DNA of 64,000 nt from Bacteroidales bacterium. GTDB lineage: Bacteria; Bacteroidota; Bacteroidia; Bacteroidales; WRLA01. Below the pieces are notes generated by a model, which saw only the letters and a list, made by a program, of their open reading frames with translations, was not told the origin of the DNA and made no database searches. This document shows, piece after piece, positions 30,297 to 40,583 of the stretch; within the stretch, counting starts at the first letter, position 1; each line of letters opens with the position of its first letter. Both the position numbers and the translations under genes were made by a program. The stretch spans positions 4,898 through 68,897 of the forward strand of contig WRLA01000003.1 in assembly GCA_009777825.1 (NCBI GenBank). The letters run 5' to 3'.

Positions 30297-31423
30297 TGCG
30301 AGATATAATATTTAGAGAGGTATTCTTGTTTTTTGTTTTCGGATTCTTCTTCTGTATAATTTATTGGAATTACTTCTTTACCGGTTTTATCAATATATCC
30401 CCATTTTCCATTGAGTCTCACCGATGCCAATCCTTCGGAAAAACTATATGCTCCGTTGTATGTCACAGGAATTACTTCTTCGCCGGTTTTATCAACATAC
30501 CCCCATTTGTCGTTGAGTTTTACCCTTGCCAAGTCTTCGGAAAAACTTCCTACCAAATCGTACTTCAGAGGAACGATTTCTGTTCCGGTTTTATCAATAT
30601 ATCCGCATTTTCCGTTGAGTTTTACCGACGCCAATCCTTCGGAAAAGCTATATGCATCGTCGTATGTCAACGGAATCACTTCTTCGCCGGTTTTGTCAAT
30701 ATATCCATATTTGTTGTTGAGTTCTACGAGTGCCAACCCTTCGAAAAAACGCCACATCCCATCGTACTTCAGAGGAATTACTTCTTTGCCGGTTTTATCA
30801 ATATGTCCGTATTTGTTGTTGAGTTCTACCACCGCCAATCCTTCGGAAAAATCCCATGCATAATCGTATTTCATAGGAATCACTTCGTTGCCGGTTTTAT
30901 CAATATATCCGCATTTTTCGTTGAGTTTTACTCCTGCCAACCCTTCGGAAAAGTTCCTTAGACCGTCGTATGTCAGAGGAATTACTTCTTTTCCGGTTTT
31001 ATCAATATATCCGTGTTTTTCGTTGAGTGTTACTCCTGCCAACCCTTCGGAGAAAAAACATATCCCATCGTACTTCAGAGGAATTACTTCTTTTCCGGTT
31101 TTATCAACATATCCCCATTTTTCGTTGAGTTTTACGGGCGCCAACCCTTCGGAGAAAAACCATATCCCATCGTACTTCAGAGGAATTACTTCTTTACCGG
31201 TTTTATCAATATATCCGTATTTTTCGTTGAGTTTTACGAGCGCCAGCCCTTCGGAGAAATCCCATACATTGTCGTATTTAAAAGGAATTACTGTTACCCC
31301 TGCTTTATTCACATATCCCCATTTTTCGTTTGCGCCTTTTTTAAGTGTTAACTCCTGCCCGTCAGCGTAGAAATTTGCGGCGGCGAGGAAGATGGCTGCT
31401 GTTAAAAATAGTAGTTTTTTCAT
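30293..31423 (-). CDS. Secreted WG-repeat protein (9 x 37-aa repeats)
   Basis: FSEGLA.V..N.KWGYIDKTGKEVIP.KYD; 111-bp nucleotide period. Confidence 0.92.
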   Translation of the reverse strand: MKKLLFLTAAIFLAAANFYADGQELTLKKGANEKWGYVNKAGVTVIPFKYDNVWDFSEGLALVKLNEKYGYIDKTGKEVIPLKYDGIWFFSEGLAPVKLNEKWGYVDKTGKEVIPLKYDGICFFSEGLAGVTLNEKHGYIDKTGKEVIPLTYDGLRNFSEGLAGVKLNEKCGYIDKTGNEVIPMKYDYAWDFSEGLAVVELNNKYGHIDKTGKEVIPLKYDGMWRFFEGLALVELNNKYGYIDKTGEEVIPLTYDDAYSFSEGLASVKLNGKCGYIDKTGTEIVPLKYDLVGSFSEDLARVKLNDKWGYVDKTGEEVIPVTYNGAYSFSEGLASVRLNGKWGYIDKTGKEVIPINYTEEESENKKQEYLSKYYISQ

Positions 31424-31440
31424 TGATTTATTTTTAAATT

Positions 31441-33162
31441 TTACACCTCTTCAATAAAATAATCTTTCTTCCCGACAAATACGACAGCTAAGTAGCGCAC
31501 ATCGTTTTTATCTTTGAAGAAGTTGGAGCTTTTGTAATCCTGCAATCTTGTTATTGCCTCCGATTTTTTTTCTGCGATGAGTTTTTTGTTTTTGGAATCT
31601 TTTTGTTTGATGTATTTCAGTTCCCAAACCCATTCGGAGACAGAACCAGGATGCAGATGGCCGCGCTTGAGGTAGATGTCGGTATAGCCTTCGGAGTTTT
31701 CGAGTTCCGAAATCGGGAAGTAGTAGTAACTGGTGAAGAATATCGGTAAGAGCAGAAATTTCATATCTTTTTCTACGGTATTCTGTAAATCGCGGTTAGA
31801 CAGATAACTCACGATATATTTGCTGAAATATTCAAAGAACGGCTCGTAGGTGTTTTCGTAGGCTAAGCGGTAGATGGCGTCAAAATATTTGCTGTTGTCT
31901 AATGACAAGCCTTCGAGTTCTTCGGTCAGCATACGTTCTATAAACTCCCAATACATCGTTTTCATGGAATAGTTGGGGATTTTCAAGGCTATTTTAAGGG
32001 GATTAGAGTTGTCGATAGTTACTAAGCCCATGTAAAAGAGAAGTGAAAAGAAGTTCTTGTCTTCATGGATCAATTCTATTGAAAACTGGTCAACCACATC
32101 TCCTGTTATTGAGTCATTTTCGAGTAGTTCTCTCAGTTTTTGTTTGTTGCCGTGTTGATTTATCAAGTTTCTGATTCTGCCGTAGTCGGTCTTTAGATTG
32201 TTATCTATTAGTTTTTCATTTTTATCTCCCTTGATTAACAGCTCTTTAAAATAGTAGAAAATCATTGTGGAGTTAAACAGTTTATTTGTAGCGTGTTTGT
32301 TAAACAAATAGCCATTATACATTTTTTCTATATCAACGGTAATCAACGATTTATCTAAATTGATTTGTTCCATTACCCAGTCAACCTCTTCTCTTGTCAG
32401 TCCAAGTATTTCGTTGTAACGTGTTTCAAGCGACAGATTATTGGAGATGTTGAAACCGCTTGTCAGGTCGTCGAGCATGATGGGGGTTATTCCGGTTACG
32501 AAGATTTTGTCAACGACGGTTTCTGTGCCTATTTTCAGCGTTTCGTAGAAATCTTTTGTGATGCTGTTTGCCCAAACGCTTTCCTGATATTGGTTTTTCG
32601 ATAATGTCGTTCCTTTGGCGATGATGTCGTTGGCGAAATGGTCGTACTCGTCTATGATGACGTAGGCTTTTTTGCCGTAATCGTTGATTATTTTTAAGGC
32701 AAATTCTATATATGCGCCAACCGTTGTTCTTTCAGCTAATTGTTTTACTAAATCGTCTGCGTTGTTTAAAATGTGTCGGTGAAGGCTAAAAAACATCTCA
32801 ATATTATTTCTTATGCTTTCAGTGAAAGAGATTTTAAAACTTTCGACATCGGAAGTGTCCAAGCCCGAAAAGTTAAATCTTATAACAAAATAGCTGTTTG
32901 CCTTGTTGGTAGGATGTTGTCCGATATAGAGGTCGCCAAAGAGTTCCTGGAATCTCTCCTTAAAACGAACATCGTAGTAATGTTCCAAAACAGATAAAAA
33001 GAGCGTTTTACCGAATTTGCGCGGACGAATTAGAAAATTGTACTTGGCATTTTCGTTTTCGAGCATCTCTATAAAACGCGTCTTATCCACGTAGAGATAG
33101 TTCTCAGTGCGTATGCTCTCGAAATTTGTCAGGGCGTAGGGTATTTTCTTACGGGTTTTCAT
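31441..33162 (-). CDS. AAA-ATPase-like + PD-(D/E)XK nuclease protein (copy 2)
   Basis: YVDKT, RPRKFGKT, IIDEYD, GYTDI..ELKY. Confidence 0.9.
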   Translation of the reverse strand: MKTRKKIPYALTNFESIRTENYLYVDKTRFIEMLENENAKYNFLIRPRKFGKTLFLSVLEHYYDVRFKERFQELFGDLYIGQHPTNKANSYFVIRFNFSGLDTSDVESFKISFTESIRNNIEMFFSLHRHILNNADDLVKQLAERTTVGAYIEFALKIINDYGKKAYVIIDEYDHFANDIIAKGTTLSKNQYQESVWANSITKDFYETLKIGTETVVDKIFVTGITPIMLDDLTSGFNISNNLSLETRYNEILGLTREEVDWVMEQINLDKSLITVDIEKMYNGYLFNKHATNKLFNSTMIFYYFKELLIKGDKNEKLIDNNLKTDYGRIRNLINQHGNKQKLRELLENDSITGDVVDQFSIELIHEDKNFFSLLFYMGLVTIDNSNPLKIALKIPNYSMKTMYWEFIERMLTEELEGLSLDNSKYFDAIYRLAYENTYEPFFEYFSKYIVSYLSNRDLQNTVEKDMKFLLLPIFFTSYYYFPISELENSEGYTDIYLKRGHLHPGSVSEWVWELKYIKQKDSKNKKLIAEKKSEAITRLQDYKSSNFFKDKNDVRYLAVVFVGKKDYFIEEV

Positions 33163-33174
33163 GGTGTCTATTTT

Positions 33175-34905
33175 TTAAACTTCTTCAATAAAATAATCCT
33201 TCTTCCCGACAAATACGACAGCCAAATAGCGCACATCGTTTTTATCTTTGAAGAAGTTGGAGTTTTTGTAATCCTGCAATCTTGTTATTGCCTCCGACTT
33301 CTTTTCTGCGATGAGTTTTTTGTTTTTGGCATCTTTTTGTTTGATGTATTTCAGTTCCCAAACCCATTCGGAAACGGAACCCGGATGCAGATGACCGCGT
33401 TTGAGGTAGATGTCGGTATAGCCTTCGGAGTTTTCGAGTTCCGAAATCGGGAAGTAGTAGTAACTGGTGAAGAATATCGGCAAGAGCAGGAATTTCATAT
33501 CTTTTTCTACGGTATTCTGTAAATCGCGGTTAGACAGATAACTCACGATATATTTGCTGAAATATTCAAAGAACGGCTCGTAGGTGTTTTCGTAGGCTAA
33601 GCGGTAGATGGCGTCGAAATATTTGCTGTTGTCTAACGACAAGCCTTCGAGTTCTTCGGTCAGCATGTTTTCGATAAAATCCCAATACATGGTCTTTACC
33701 GAGTAATTTGGAACTTTCAACGCTGTTTTTACCGGATTGGCATTATCAATGGTTACTAAGCCCATGTAGTATAGCAGCGAGAAAAAGTTTTTATCTTCAT
33801 GGATTTTTTCTATCGAAAATTGTTTGATAATGCCTCCGTCTGTAGTGTTATTTTCGATGAGTTCACGTAACTTTTCTTTGTTATCGTGTTGATTTATCAG
33901 GTTTCTGAGTCTGCCGTAGTCGGTTTTCAGGTTGTCATCGATTAGGTATTTGAGATTTTTTCCTTCGCTTAACAGTTCGTGAAAATAGTAGAAAATCATG
34001 GTAGAGTTAAAAAGTGTATTTTCTGCTTTTTCATGAAACGAATAGCCATTATACATATCTTCTATATCAACCGCAATCAGCGATTTGTCCAAACAGATTT
34101 GTTCCATTACCCACTCCACCTCTTTTCTTGTCAGTCCGAGTATTTCGTTGTAATGTGTTTTCAGCGAGAGGTTGTTGGAGATGTTGAAACCGCTTGTCAG
34201 GTCGTCGAGCATGATGGGGGTTATTCCGGTTACGAAGATTTTGTCAACGACGGTTTCCGTGCCTATTTTCAACGTTTCGTAGAAATCTTTTGTGATGCTG
34301 TTTGCCCAAATGCTCTCCTGATATTGGTTTTTCGATAGTGTTGCCCCTTTGGCGATGATGTCGTTGGCGAAATGGTCGTACTCATCTATGATGACGTAGG
34401 CTTTTTTGCCGTAATTCTTTATAATGCCGAATGCGAATTCTATATATGTTTTTACAGTACTTCTTTCTGCTACTTGTTTTAGTAAATCGTTCGAATTTCT
34501 TAAAATATCTTTATGGTCAATGAGAAACATCTCAATATTACTTCTTATGCTTTCAGTGAAAGAGATTTTAAAACTTTCGACATCGGAAGTGTCCAAGCCC
34601 GAAAAATTGAACCGTATAACAAAATAACTGTTTGCCTTGTTGGTAGGATGTTGTCCGATATAGAGATCGCCAAAGAGTTCTTGGAATCTGTCTTTGAAAC
34701 GAACATCATAGTAATGTTCCAAAACAGATAAAAAGAGCGTTTTACCAAATTTGCGCGGACGAATTAGAAAATTGTACTTGGCATTTTCGTTTTCGATCAT
34801 CTCTATAAAACGCGTCTTATCCACGTAGAGATAGTTCTCGGTGCGTATGCTCTCAAAATTTGTCAGGGCATAGGGTATTTTCTTACGAGGTTTTTGTGTA
34901 TCCAT
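33175..34905 (-). CDS. AAA-ATPase-like + PD-(D/E)XK nuclease protein (copy 1)
   Basis: Same motifs; tandem paralogue. Confidence 0.9.
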   Translation of the reverse strand: MDTQKPRKKIPYALTNFESIRTENYLYVDKTRFIEMIENENAKYNFLIRPRKFGKTLFLSVLEHYYDVRFKDRFQELFGDLYIGQHPTNKANSYFVIRFNFSGLDTSDVESFKISFTESIRSNIEMFLIDHKDILRNSNDLLKQVAERSTVKTYIEFAFGIIKNYGKKAYVIIDEYDHFANDIIAKGATLSKNQYQESIWANSITKDFYETLKIGTETVVDKIFVTGITPIMLDDLTSGFNISNNLSLKTHYNEILGLTRKEVEWVMEQICLDKSLIAVDIEDMYNGYSFHEKAENTLFNSTMIFYYFHELLSEGKNLKYLIDDNLKTDYGRLRNLINQHDNKEKLRELIENNTTDGGIIKQFSIEKIHEDKNFFSLLYYMGLVTIDNANPVKTALKVPNYSVKTMYWDFIENMLTEELEGLSLDNSKYFDAIYRLAYENTYEPFFEYFSKYIVSYLSNRDLQNTVEKDMKFLLLPIFFTSYYYFPISELENSEGYTDIYLKRGHLHPGSVSEWVWELKYIKQKDAKNKKLIAEKKSEAITRLQDYKNSNFFKDKNDVRYLAVVFVGKKDYFIEEV

Positions 34906-34963
34906 TTTATTTTTTACATTACAACTGCAAAGATAATAAAAAAAATCATAGTTCAGACAATTA

Positions 34964-37528
34964 CTATTTCAACCTCATCCCCTCCCATGTATCCGCCATC
35001 GCACTTGCCGGCGTTACCGTCGGTGTCTGGCTTTTGCGGTTTACCACTACGGACTGCTGACCGACATGGGTAGTGATATAATTACCCAATTCGCCCAGCG
35101 TTACGTCGCCTTTGGTTTCCTGTAGTTTTTTTAGGAGGAAATAGGTAAACATGCCGTGTCCCTTTTCCCGATACGGGAAGGCGGTTTCGTCACCTTGTGC
35201 GGCTGAGAAGACTATCATGTTGCCTGTCGGCGCTCCGGGAGCCGTTTTGATAGCGACGCCGCGTGCCGAAGCCATCATGTCGCCGCTGCGCTGTGCGCCG
35301 CTGAAACAGGCGTCCATGAACACTGTTACGCTTTTGGCAGGCATTTTTCCCATCGTTTCGTACAGTTCGTCCAATTTATAACCGCTTCTCAGGTCTGTGC
35401 CGAAGCCGTCAACGGGCAATAGATAGGCGGTTCTGGCGCTTTCGTCGGGGATGCCGTGTCCGGCGTAGTAGAAAATGATGGACGCCTCGCCCTTGTAAGC
35501 ATCGGCAACGCTGCTGAGCCAGTTTATCTCGCCGCGGATGTCGTTCAGGGTTGCGTCAGCCGTGTAGTGTACGTTGGTTTCGGGCAACCCCAGCGTTTGG
35601 ATGCAGTACTTACGGAACGTTTCGCCGTCGTTTTGGGCAAATTCGACTTTCGACTCGCGCCGGTAGTTTTCGTTGGCGATGATGATGGCGAAGGTCTTAT
35701 TGTTTTTGACGTCTGTTTTGGGAATGTCCATGTCCACGTCCGATTTACCTACTTGCACGTTTACCGTGCCGATGGTCTGGTTGCCTTTGGGAGTGGTTTG
35801 CGTTGGAGGCGCTACGTTGATTTCTATGGGGTCGAACTTGTAGTCAATCTGCGCGACGGTGTAGTTGAGAGATGATTGGTTGCTGTATTTGTAGGTTTTG
35901 CCGTCGGGCATGGTAAAGGCGATTTCGGCAAGCGCGAATTTGTCATCATCAATGGTATATTGCGGCGTTTTGGTTATTTTCTCCCATGCCGATTCAAACG
36001 CCGGCGCCTCTTTGCGTGGGACGTGTACCAATAAATCGCCGAATTGCCCCGATTTGATAAGGTACGTCTCGTTGTCGGCGTCGTAATCATTGGGATTAAA
36101 AGACAGTTTTAAAGTCGTTCCTGTTGACCTTGAGGCAAGAAACTCTGTGCGGGCTTCCTTGGTAAGTTTGTCTATTTCCGCTTTTCTGGTGGTTTCGTTT
36201 ACACGCTGCTGCCATTCGGTGGTGGTCTCGAACTTGTCTTTCTTTTGCCATTCGTTGATTTTTTCTTCGACGTATTCTTTGGCAAAGGGGCTAAAAAGGT
36301 AAAAGAGGTATTCATCGGCTTCGTTTTCTGTATATTTTATTGGAATCACTTCTTTGCCGGTTTTATCAATATATCCCCATTTGCCGTTAAGCTGCACTAA
36401 GGCCAACCCATCGAAAAAGTAACCTGCATAACCGTATTTCAAAGGAATTACTTCTTTGCCGGTTTTATCAATATATCCGTATTCTCTGTAGAGTTGTACT
36501 GGTGCCAAACCTTCGGAAAACGCAGTACGTCGTGGATAGTATTCAAAATGAAATACCTCTTTACCGGTTTTATCAATAAATCCGCAGAAGTCAGAGTTTT
36601 GTACCCATGCCAACCCTTCACTAAAACCACCACATACATTATATTTAAGGGGAATTACCTCTTTACCGGTTTTATCAATAAATCCCCATTGGTTGCTGAG
36701 ATATACCGCTGCCAATTCTTCGGAAAAATCCCGTACATCGTCGTATTTAAAAGTTGTTACTTCTTTGCCTGTTTTATCAATAAATCCGTATTTACCATTG
36801 TGCCATATCTTTGCCAATCCTTCGGAAAAACCATATATAGCGTCGTACTTATACGGGATCACTAAGACGCCGGTTTTATCAATAACCCCCCAATTGCCCA
36901 CTCTATATGTTTTGTAATCGAAGTCTTCTAATGTTACTGCTGCCAATCCTTCGGAAAAACCTGATGCACAACCGTATTTAAAAGGAATTACTTCTTTGCC
37001 GGTTTTGTCAATAAATCCGTATTTTCCGTTGAGTTTTACCGGTGCCAATCCTTCGGAAAAATCGTCTGCCTCATCGTATTTAAAAGAAATTATCTCTTTA
37101 CCGGTTTTATCAATAAATCCCCATTTGTCGTTGAGTTGTACACGACACACCCCTTCGGAAAACTCACGCACTCTGTCATATTTAAGAGGAATGACTTCTT
37201 TACCGGTTTTATCAATAAATCCCCACTTTCCGTTGAGTTCTACTTCCGCCCATCTACCATAAAACGCAAGTGCTCCGTCGTATTTAAAAGGAATTATCTC
37301 TTTTCCGGTTTCATCAATAAATCCGCATTTACCATTGAGTTTTACTTTCGCCAATCCAGAGCAAAATTCCCATGCATTGTCGTACATAAAAGGAATGGCT
37401 ATTCCGTTGAAATTACAATACCCCCATTTTCCGTTTTCGCCTTGGTAAGGGGATAACGTCTGTCCGTCCGCGTAGAAATTTGCGGTGGCGAGGAGGATTG
37501 CTGCTGTTAAAAATAGTAGTTTTTTCAT
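34964..37528 (-). CDS. Secreted WG-repeat protein with C-terminal caspase-like (peptidase C14) domain
   Basis: About 10 WG repeats; YYAGHG and MDACFSG catalytic dyad; HGMFTYFLL. Confidence 0.9.
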   Translation of the reverse strand: MKKLLFLTAAILLATANFYADGQTLSPYQGENGKWGYCNFNGIAIPFMYDNAWEFCSGLAKVKLNGKCGFIDETGKEIIPFKYDGALAFYGRWAEVELNGKWGFIDKTGKEVIPLKYDRVREFSEGVCRVQLNDKWGFIDKTGKEIISFKYDEADDFSEGLAPVKLNGKYGFIDKTGKEVIPFKYGCASGFSEGLAAVTLEDFDYKTYRVGNWGVIDKTGVLVIPYKYDAIYGFSEGLAKIWHNGKYGFIDKTGKEVTTFKYDDVRDFSEELAAVYLSNQWGFIDKTGKEVIPLKYNVCGGFSEGLAWVQNSDFCGFIDKTGKEVFHFEYYPRRTAFSEGLAPVQLYREYGYIDKTGKEVIPLKYGYAGYFFDGLALVQLNGKWGYIDKTGKEVIPIKYTENEADEYLFYLFSPFAKEYVEEKINEWQKKDKFETTTEWQQRVNETTRKAEIDKLTKEARTEFLASRSTGTTLKLSFNPNDYDADNETYLIKSGQFGDLLVHVPRKEAPAFESAWEKITKTPQYTIDDDKFALAEIAFTMPDGKTYKYSNQSSLNYTVAQIDYKFDPIEINVAPPTQTTPKGNQTIGTVNVQVGKSDVDMDIPKTDVKNNKTFAIIIANENYRRESKVEFAQNDGETFRKYCIQTLGLPETNVHYTADATLNDIRGEINWLSSVADAYKGEASIIFYYAGHGIPDESARTAYLLPVDGFGTDLRSGYKLDELYETMGKMPAKSVTVFMDACFSGAQRSGDMMASARGVAIKTAPGAPTGNMIVFSAAQGDETAFPYREKGHGMFTYFLLKKLQETKGDVTLGELGNYITTHVGQQSVVVNRKSQTPTVTPASAMADTWEGMRLK

Positions 37529-37576
37529 TGATTTATTTTTTTAGTTATTAATTATTTTACATTTTTTCTTCTTTTC

Positions 37577-37771
37577 GTCTGAACTGTGATTTCAGGGTGA
37601 TTTGATTGATCTTTGTGAGGGTTTCATGCCTACGGCATGCCGGTGGGTGGCTGTGTAACGCTTTTTCTACCAAGCTGTAATCCCTAACGGGATTAATGAC
37701 GCAATTTGGCATATACCCGTCGTTTCCAATCATGTTCATCATTTTAATCATTTTAAAATCATAGTTCAGAC
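37577..37771. mobile_element. Composite 195-bp element with GTCTGAACTRTGATTT ends and two internal REP-like hairpins
   Basis: 15/16 TIR; CATGCC-tac-GGCATG and TAATCCC-taac-GGGATTA inside. Confidence 0.75.
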
Positions 37772-37880
37772 AATAGCCCCATTTTTCATTTGCGCCTTTT
37801 TGAGGCATCAACTCCTGTCCGTCCGCGTAGAAATTTGCGGTGGCGAGGAGGATTGCTGTTAAAAATAGTAGTTTTTTCAT
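37772..37880 (-). pseudogene. 5' remnant of a third WG-repeat gene
   Basis: MKKLLFLTAILLATANFYADGQELMPQKGANEKWGY, then repeat-derived sequence. Confidence 0.8.
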
Positions 37881-38713
37881 TGATTTATTTTTTTAGTTTG
37901 ATTATGTTTAATCGCTTTTGCGTTCGTGCTGCTAACGATTTTCTTTCCCGTCTTTGCTTCGATTTCTTTGCGCGTATTACCTGCTACTTCGCCGCCTTGA
38001 CGGGCAATTTCCCGACTTTGACCAAAAGTTTCCGGCTGTTTTTCTTTGGATATTTCGGTGGTGGTGGCTTCGGCGAGCATGTTGAGTACGAGTTCCAAAT
38101 TTGTCATGTTGTCGCGCAGGCTTTCTGTTTTCAAGCCTTTGTGTTGTTTATATTGTTTGGTGGTCATACCTGACCAACCCTGCGTGATTACATCGGTCAA
38201 TACGGCAAATTCCTGACCTTTTGTTATTCCGCGCCGTTCCCATTCGTCGGTGAGTTCCTTACGTACTTCGATGCTCTTTAGCCGCTGATTTATCCAGTTT
38301 TCCGAATAACCTTTGCGGTGATAGTATTCCATGAGCCGCTCAATGCCTTGTTCGGGGTCGTCAATCTCTTCCAATCGTTCGCGGGCAAGTTGCGATAGCC
38401 ACAACTTAAAAGGCTCTGCCTTAGGCGAAGGAATGGATTGGATTAAACGGAAAAGTTGCTCTACATCGGCTACATCGGTTTTGTAGAACTTGCCGTCGGC
38501 AGATTGCATTTTCAGTTGTCCGATTTTTTCGGACAACTCACTACCTTCCGCTTGCAACTTGCGTTTCAAATCATCCCAATATTTTCGGGGACGATGGCTT
38601 TCCGTCAGCACTTCGATTACATCCACAATGGATATATACCATTTTTCGGCTTCGGCATCCCAGACGGAGCGGACTTTTTTGTTTTCAAACAATTTAATAT
38701 TTGCTTCTGCCAT
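37877..38713 (-). CDS. Bro-N domain protein
   Basis: KVRSVWD..SIVDVI..QSIPSPKAEPFKLWL..LRDNMT. Confidence 0.88.
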   Translation of the reverse strand: MAEANIKLFENKKVRSVWDAEAEKWYISIVDVIEVLTESHRPRKYWDDLKRKLQAEGSELSEKIGQLKMQSADGKFYKTDVADVEQLFRLIQSIPSPKAEPFKLWLSQLARERLEEIDDPEQGIERLMEYYHRKGYSENWINQRLKSIEVRKELTDEWERRGITKGQEFAVLTDVITQGWSGMTTKQYKQHKGLKTESLRDNMTNLELVLNMLAEATTTEISKEKQPETFGQSREIARQGGEVAGNTRKEIEAKTGKKIVSSTNAKAIKHNQTKKINQ

Positions 38714-38733
38714 CTTCTGCTAAATTTTCATCC

Positions 38734-39270
38734 CTATTTAATTTTCACTTTCATCCTAACCGCCTCCACCGGTTTGTCCATGGCTCCGGTTTTGACGGTG
38801 GCGATTTTGTCCACTACGTCGAAGCCTGTGGTGATTTCGCCGAAGACGGTGTATTGGTTGTCCAGGTGAGGCGTGCCATTGGGATTCTGTACGATGTAAA
38901 ACTGACATCCCGACGATCTTCTCTCCGGATTGACCTGGTCGCCCATGCGTGCTGCCGCCAACGCGCCTTTTTTGTGGAGATGGGTGGGAAGGATTTCCGC
39001 CGGAAGCGTATAGCCCGGGTCAACCACGCCGTCTTTGTTGTGTCCGCCCTGTATCATAAAATTGTTTATGACGCGGTGAAATTCCGAACCCTCGTACCAG
39101 CCCTCACCGACTAACTTCACAAAGTTGTCGCGGTGGAGAGGTGTGTCGTCGTAAAGGAATCCTTCGATGTCGCCGTAGGATGTTTCGATAACAAATTCTA
39201 CGGGTTTCTGTGCAAATGTGTTGATACTCATCATCACTAATAAAATTAAAATACTACTAAACTTGTTCAT
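38734..39270 (-). CDS. Cyclophilin-type peptidyl-prolyl isomerase
   Basis: FHRVINNFMIQGG, HLDNQYTVFG. Confidence 0.93.
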   Translation of the reverse strand: MNKFSSILILLVMMSINTFAQKPVEFVIETSYGDIEGFLYDDTPLHRDNFVKLVGEGWYEGSEFHRVINNFMIQGGHNKDGVVDPGYTLPAEILPTHLHKKGALAAARMGDQVNPERRSSGCQFYIVQNPNGTPHLDNQYTVFGEITTGFDVVDKIATVKTGAMDKPVEAVRMKVKIK

Positions 39271-39274
39271 GTTC

Positions 39275-39994
39275 TTATTCTTTAATTAATTCAACTTTCA
39301 TTACTATATTATCTAACGGTCTGTCTTGCGGATTTTTCGGCACGGAGGCGATGGAGTCAATGACGTCGAAACCGTCAATGATTTCTCCGAAGACGGTATA
39401 ATCTCTGTCTAAAAAGGGTGTGCCGCCTAATTTTTTATAGATTGCCATTTGTGTTTCGGTGTAGGGTTTTCCTTGTGCTGCGGAGTTGTCCAGCGTTTCT
39501 TGTGTAACGGGACTGCCCTGTACGATATAAAACTGCGAGCCTGACGATTCGCGTTCGGGATTGACATAATCGGGCGTGCGTGCTGCCGCCAGAGCGCCTT
39601 TCTTGTGGATGAAGTCGGGATTTATCTCAGCCTTCAGCGTATAACCCGGACCGCCGTCGCCTAATTCTGCGTCGGCAGCGGCGCCTTTCGATGCGGGGTC
39701 GCCGCCCTGTATCATAAAGCCGGAGATGACGCGGTGAAACAACAGTCCGTCGTAAAACTCCTCGCCGACGAGTTTGATGAAGTTGTCGCGATGGATGGGC
39801 GTCTCGTTATACAGCACGCCGGTCATCGTCCCGAACTTGGTGGTGATTTTAAACTGATACATCCCGTCGTACTTGGCTGTTGCCGTCGTTATTTGTTCCG
39901 ACGCGGAGTCAGTGACACTTTTTTGCGATGTTTGTCCACATCCTGCAACCAATAGCGTTGCAATCATTAACAGAGGTAAAAAAAACTTTTTCAT
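39275..39994 (-). CDS. Cyclophilin-type peptidyl-prolyl isomerase, lipoprotein
   Basis: Lipobox VAGC; FHRVISGFMIQGGDP. Confidence 0.93.
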   Translation of the reverse strand: MKKFFLPLLMIATLLVAGCGQTSQKSVTDSASEQITTATAKYDGMYQFKITTKFGTMTGVLYNETPIHRDNFIKLVGEEFYDGLLFHRVISGFMIQGGDPASKGAAADAELGDGGPGYTLKAEINPDFIHKKGALAAARTPDYVNPERESSGSQFYIVQGSPVTQETLDNSAAQGKPYTETQMAIYKKLGGTPFLDRDYTVFGEIIDGFDVIDSIASVPKNPQDRPLDNIVMKVELIKE

Positions 39995-39998
39995 TTTG

Positions 39999-40583
39999 CT
40001 ACATTATATTTTGTTCTACATTAATTATTTCCTGATAACAAATACGGCACAACGGCTCGTAACTCTCGGTTTCGCCCAGCACCACCAACTTGTCGCTCTC
40101 GATGATGCGATGTGAGTAGTGCGCCAAATTTCCGCATTTCATGCACACGGCGTGTACTTTGGTAACATATTCGGCGCTCGCCAGCAACGCCGGCATCGGT
40201 CCGAAAGGCTTACCGAGATAATCCATGTCCAACCCCGCCACAATGACGCGTACACCCATCGCCGCCAACTTATTGCACACCGGCACCAACTCATCGTCGA
40301 AAAACTGCGCCTCGTCAATGCCCACAATCTCCGCATTGCCGGCGTAAAACAGAATCTCCGAAGCCGACGCCACCGGCGTAGAGACGATGGCGTTTTCGTC
40401 GTGAGAGACCACCCGCGCCTCGTGATAGCGCACGTCCATAGCAGGTTTGAAAATCTCTACCTTCTGCTTCGCTATGCGAGCGCGTTTCAAACGGCGTATC
40501 AGTTCCTCCGTCTTCCCGGAAAACATCGAACCGCAAATGACCTCGATTGACCCCCTGGGGTCTCTGTTCTGCTCTAAAAACAT
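39999..40583 (-). CDS. tdk: Thymidine kinase
   Basis: [17 protein letters not shown], Zn-binding Cys pairs. Confidence 0.97.
   Translation of the reverse strand: MFLEQNRDPRGSIEVICGSMFSGKTEELIRRLKRARIAKQKVEIFKPAMDVRYHEARVVSHDENAIVSTPVASASEILFYAGNAEIVGIDEAQFFDDELVPVCNKLAAMGVRVIVAGLDMDYLGKPFGPMPALLASAEYVTKVHAVCMKCGNLAHYSHRIIESDKLVVLGETESYEPLCRICYQEIINVEQNIM

Noticed and set aside
30293-34905. Diversity-generating retroelement
   Set aside because: No reverse transcriptase in the window, and the differences inspected are not confined to adenines.
30293-37450. CRISPR-like periodic repeats (CCGGTTTTATCAATA...)
   Set aside because: The 111-bp period lies entirely within ORFs as WG protein repeats; no unique spacers or cas genes.
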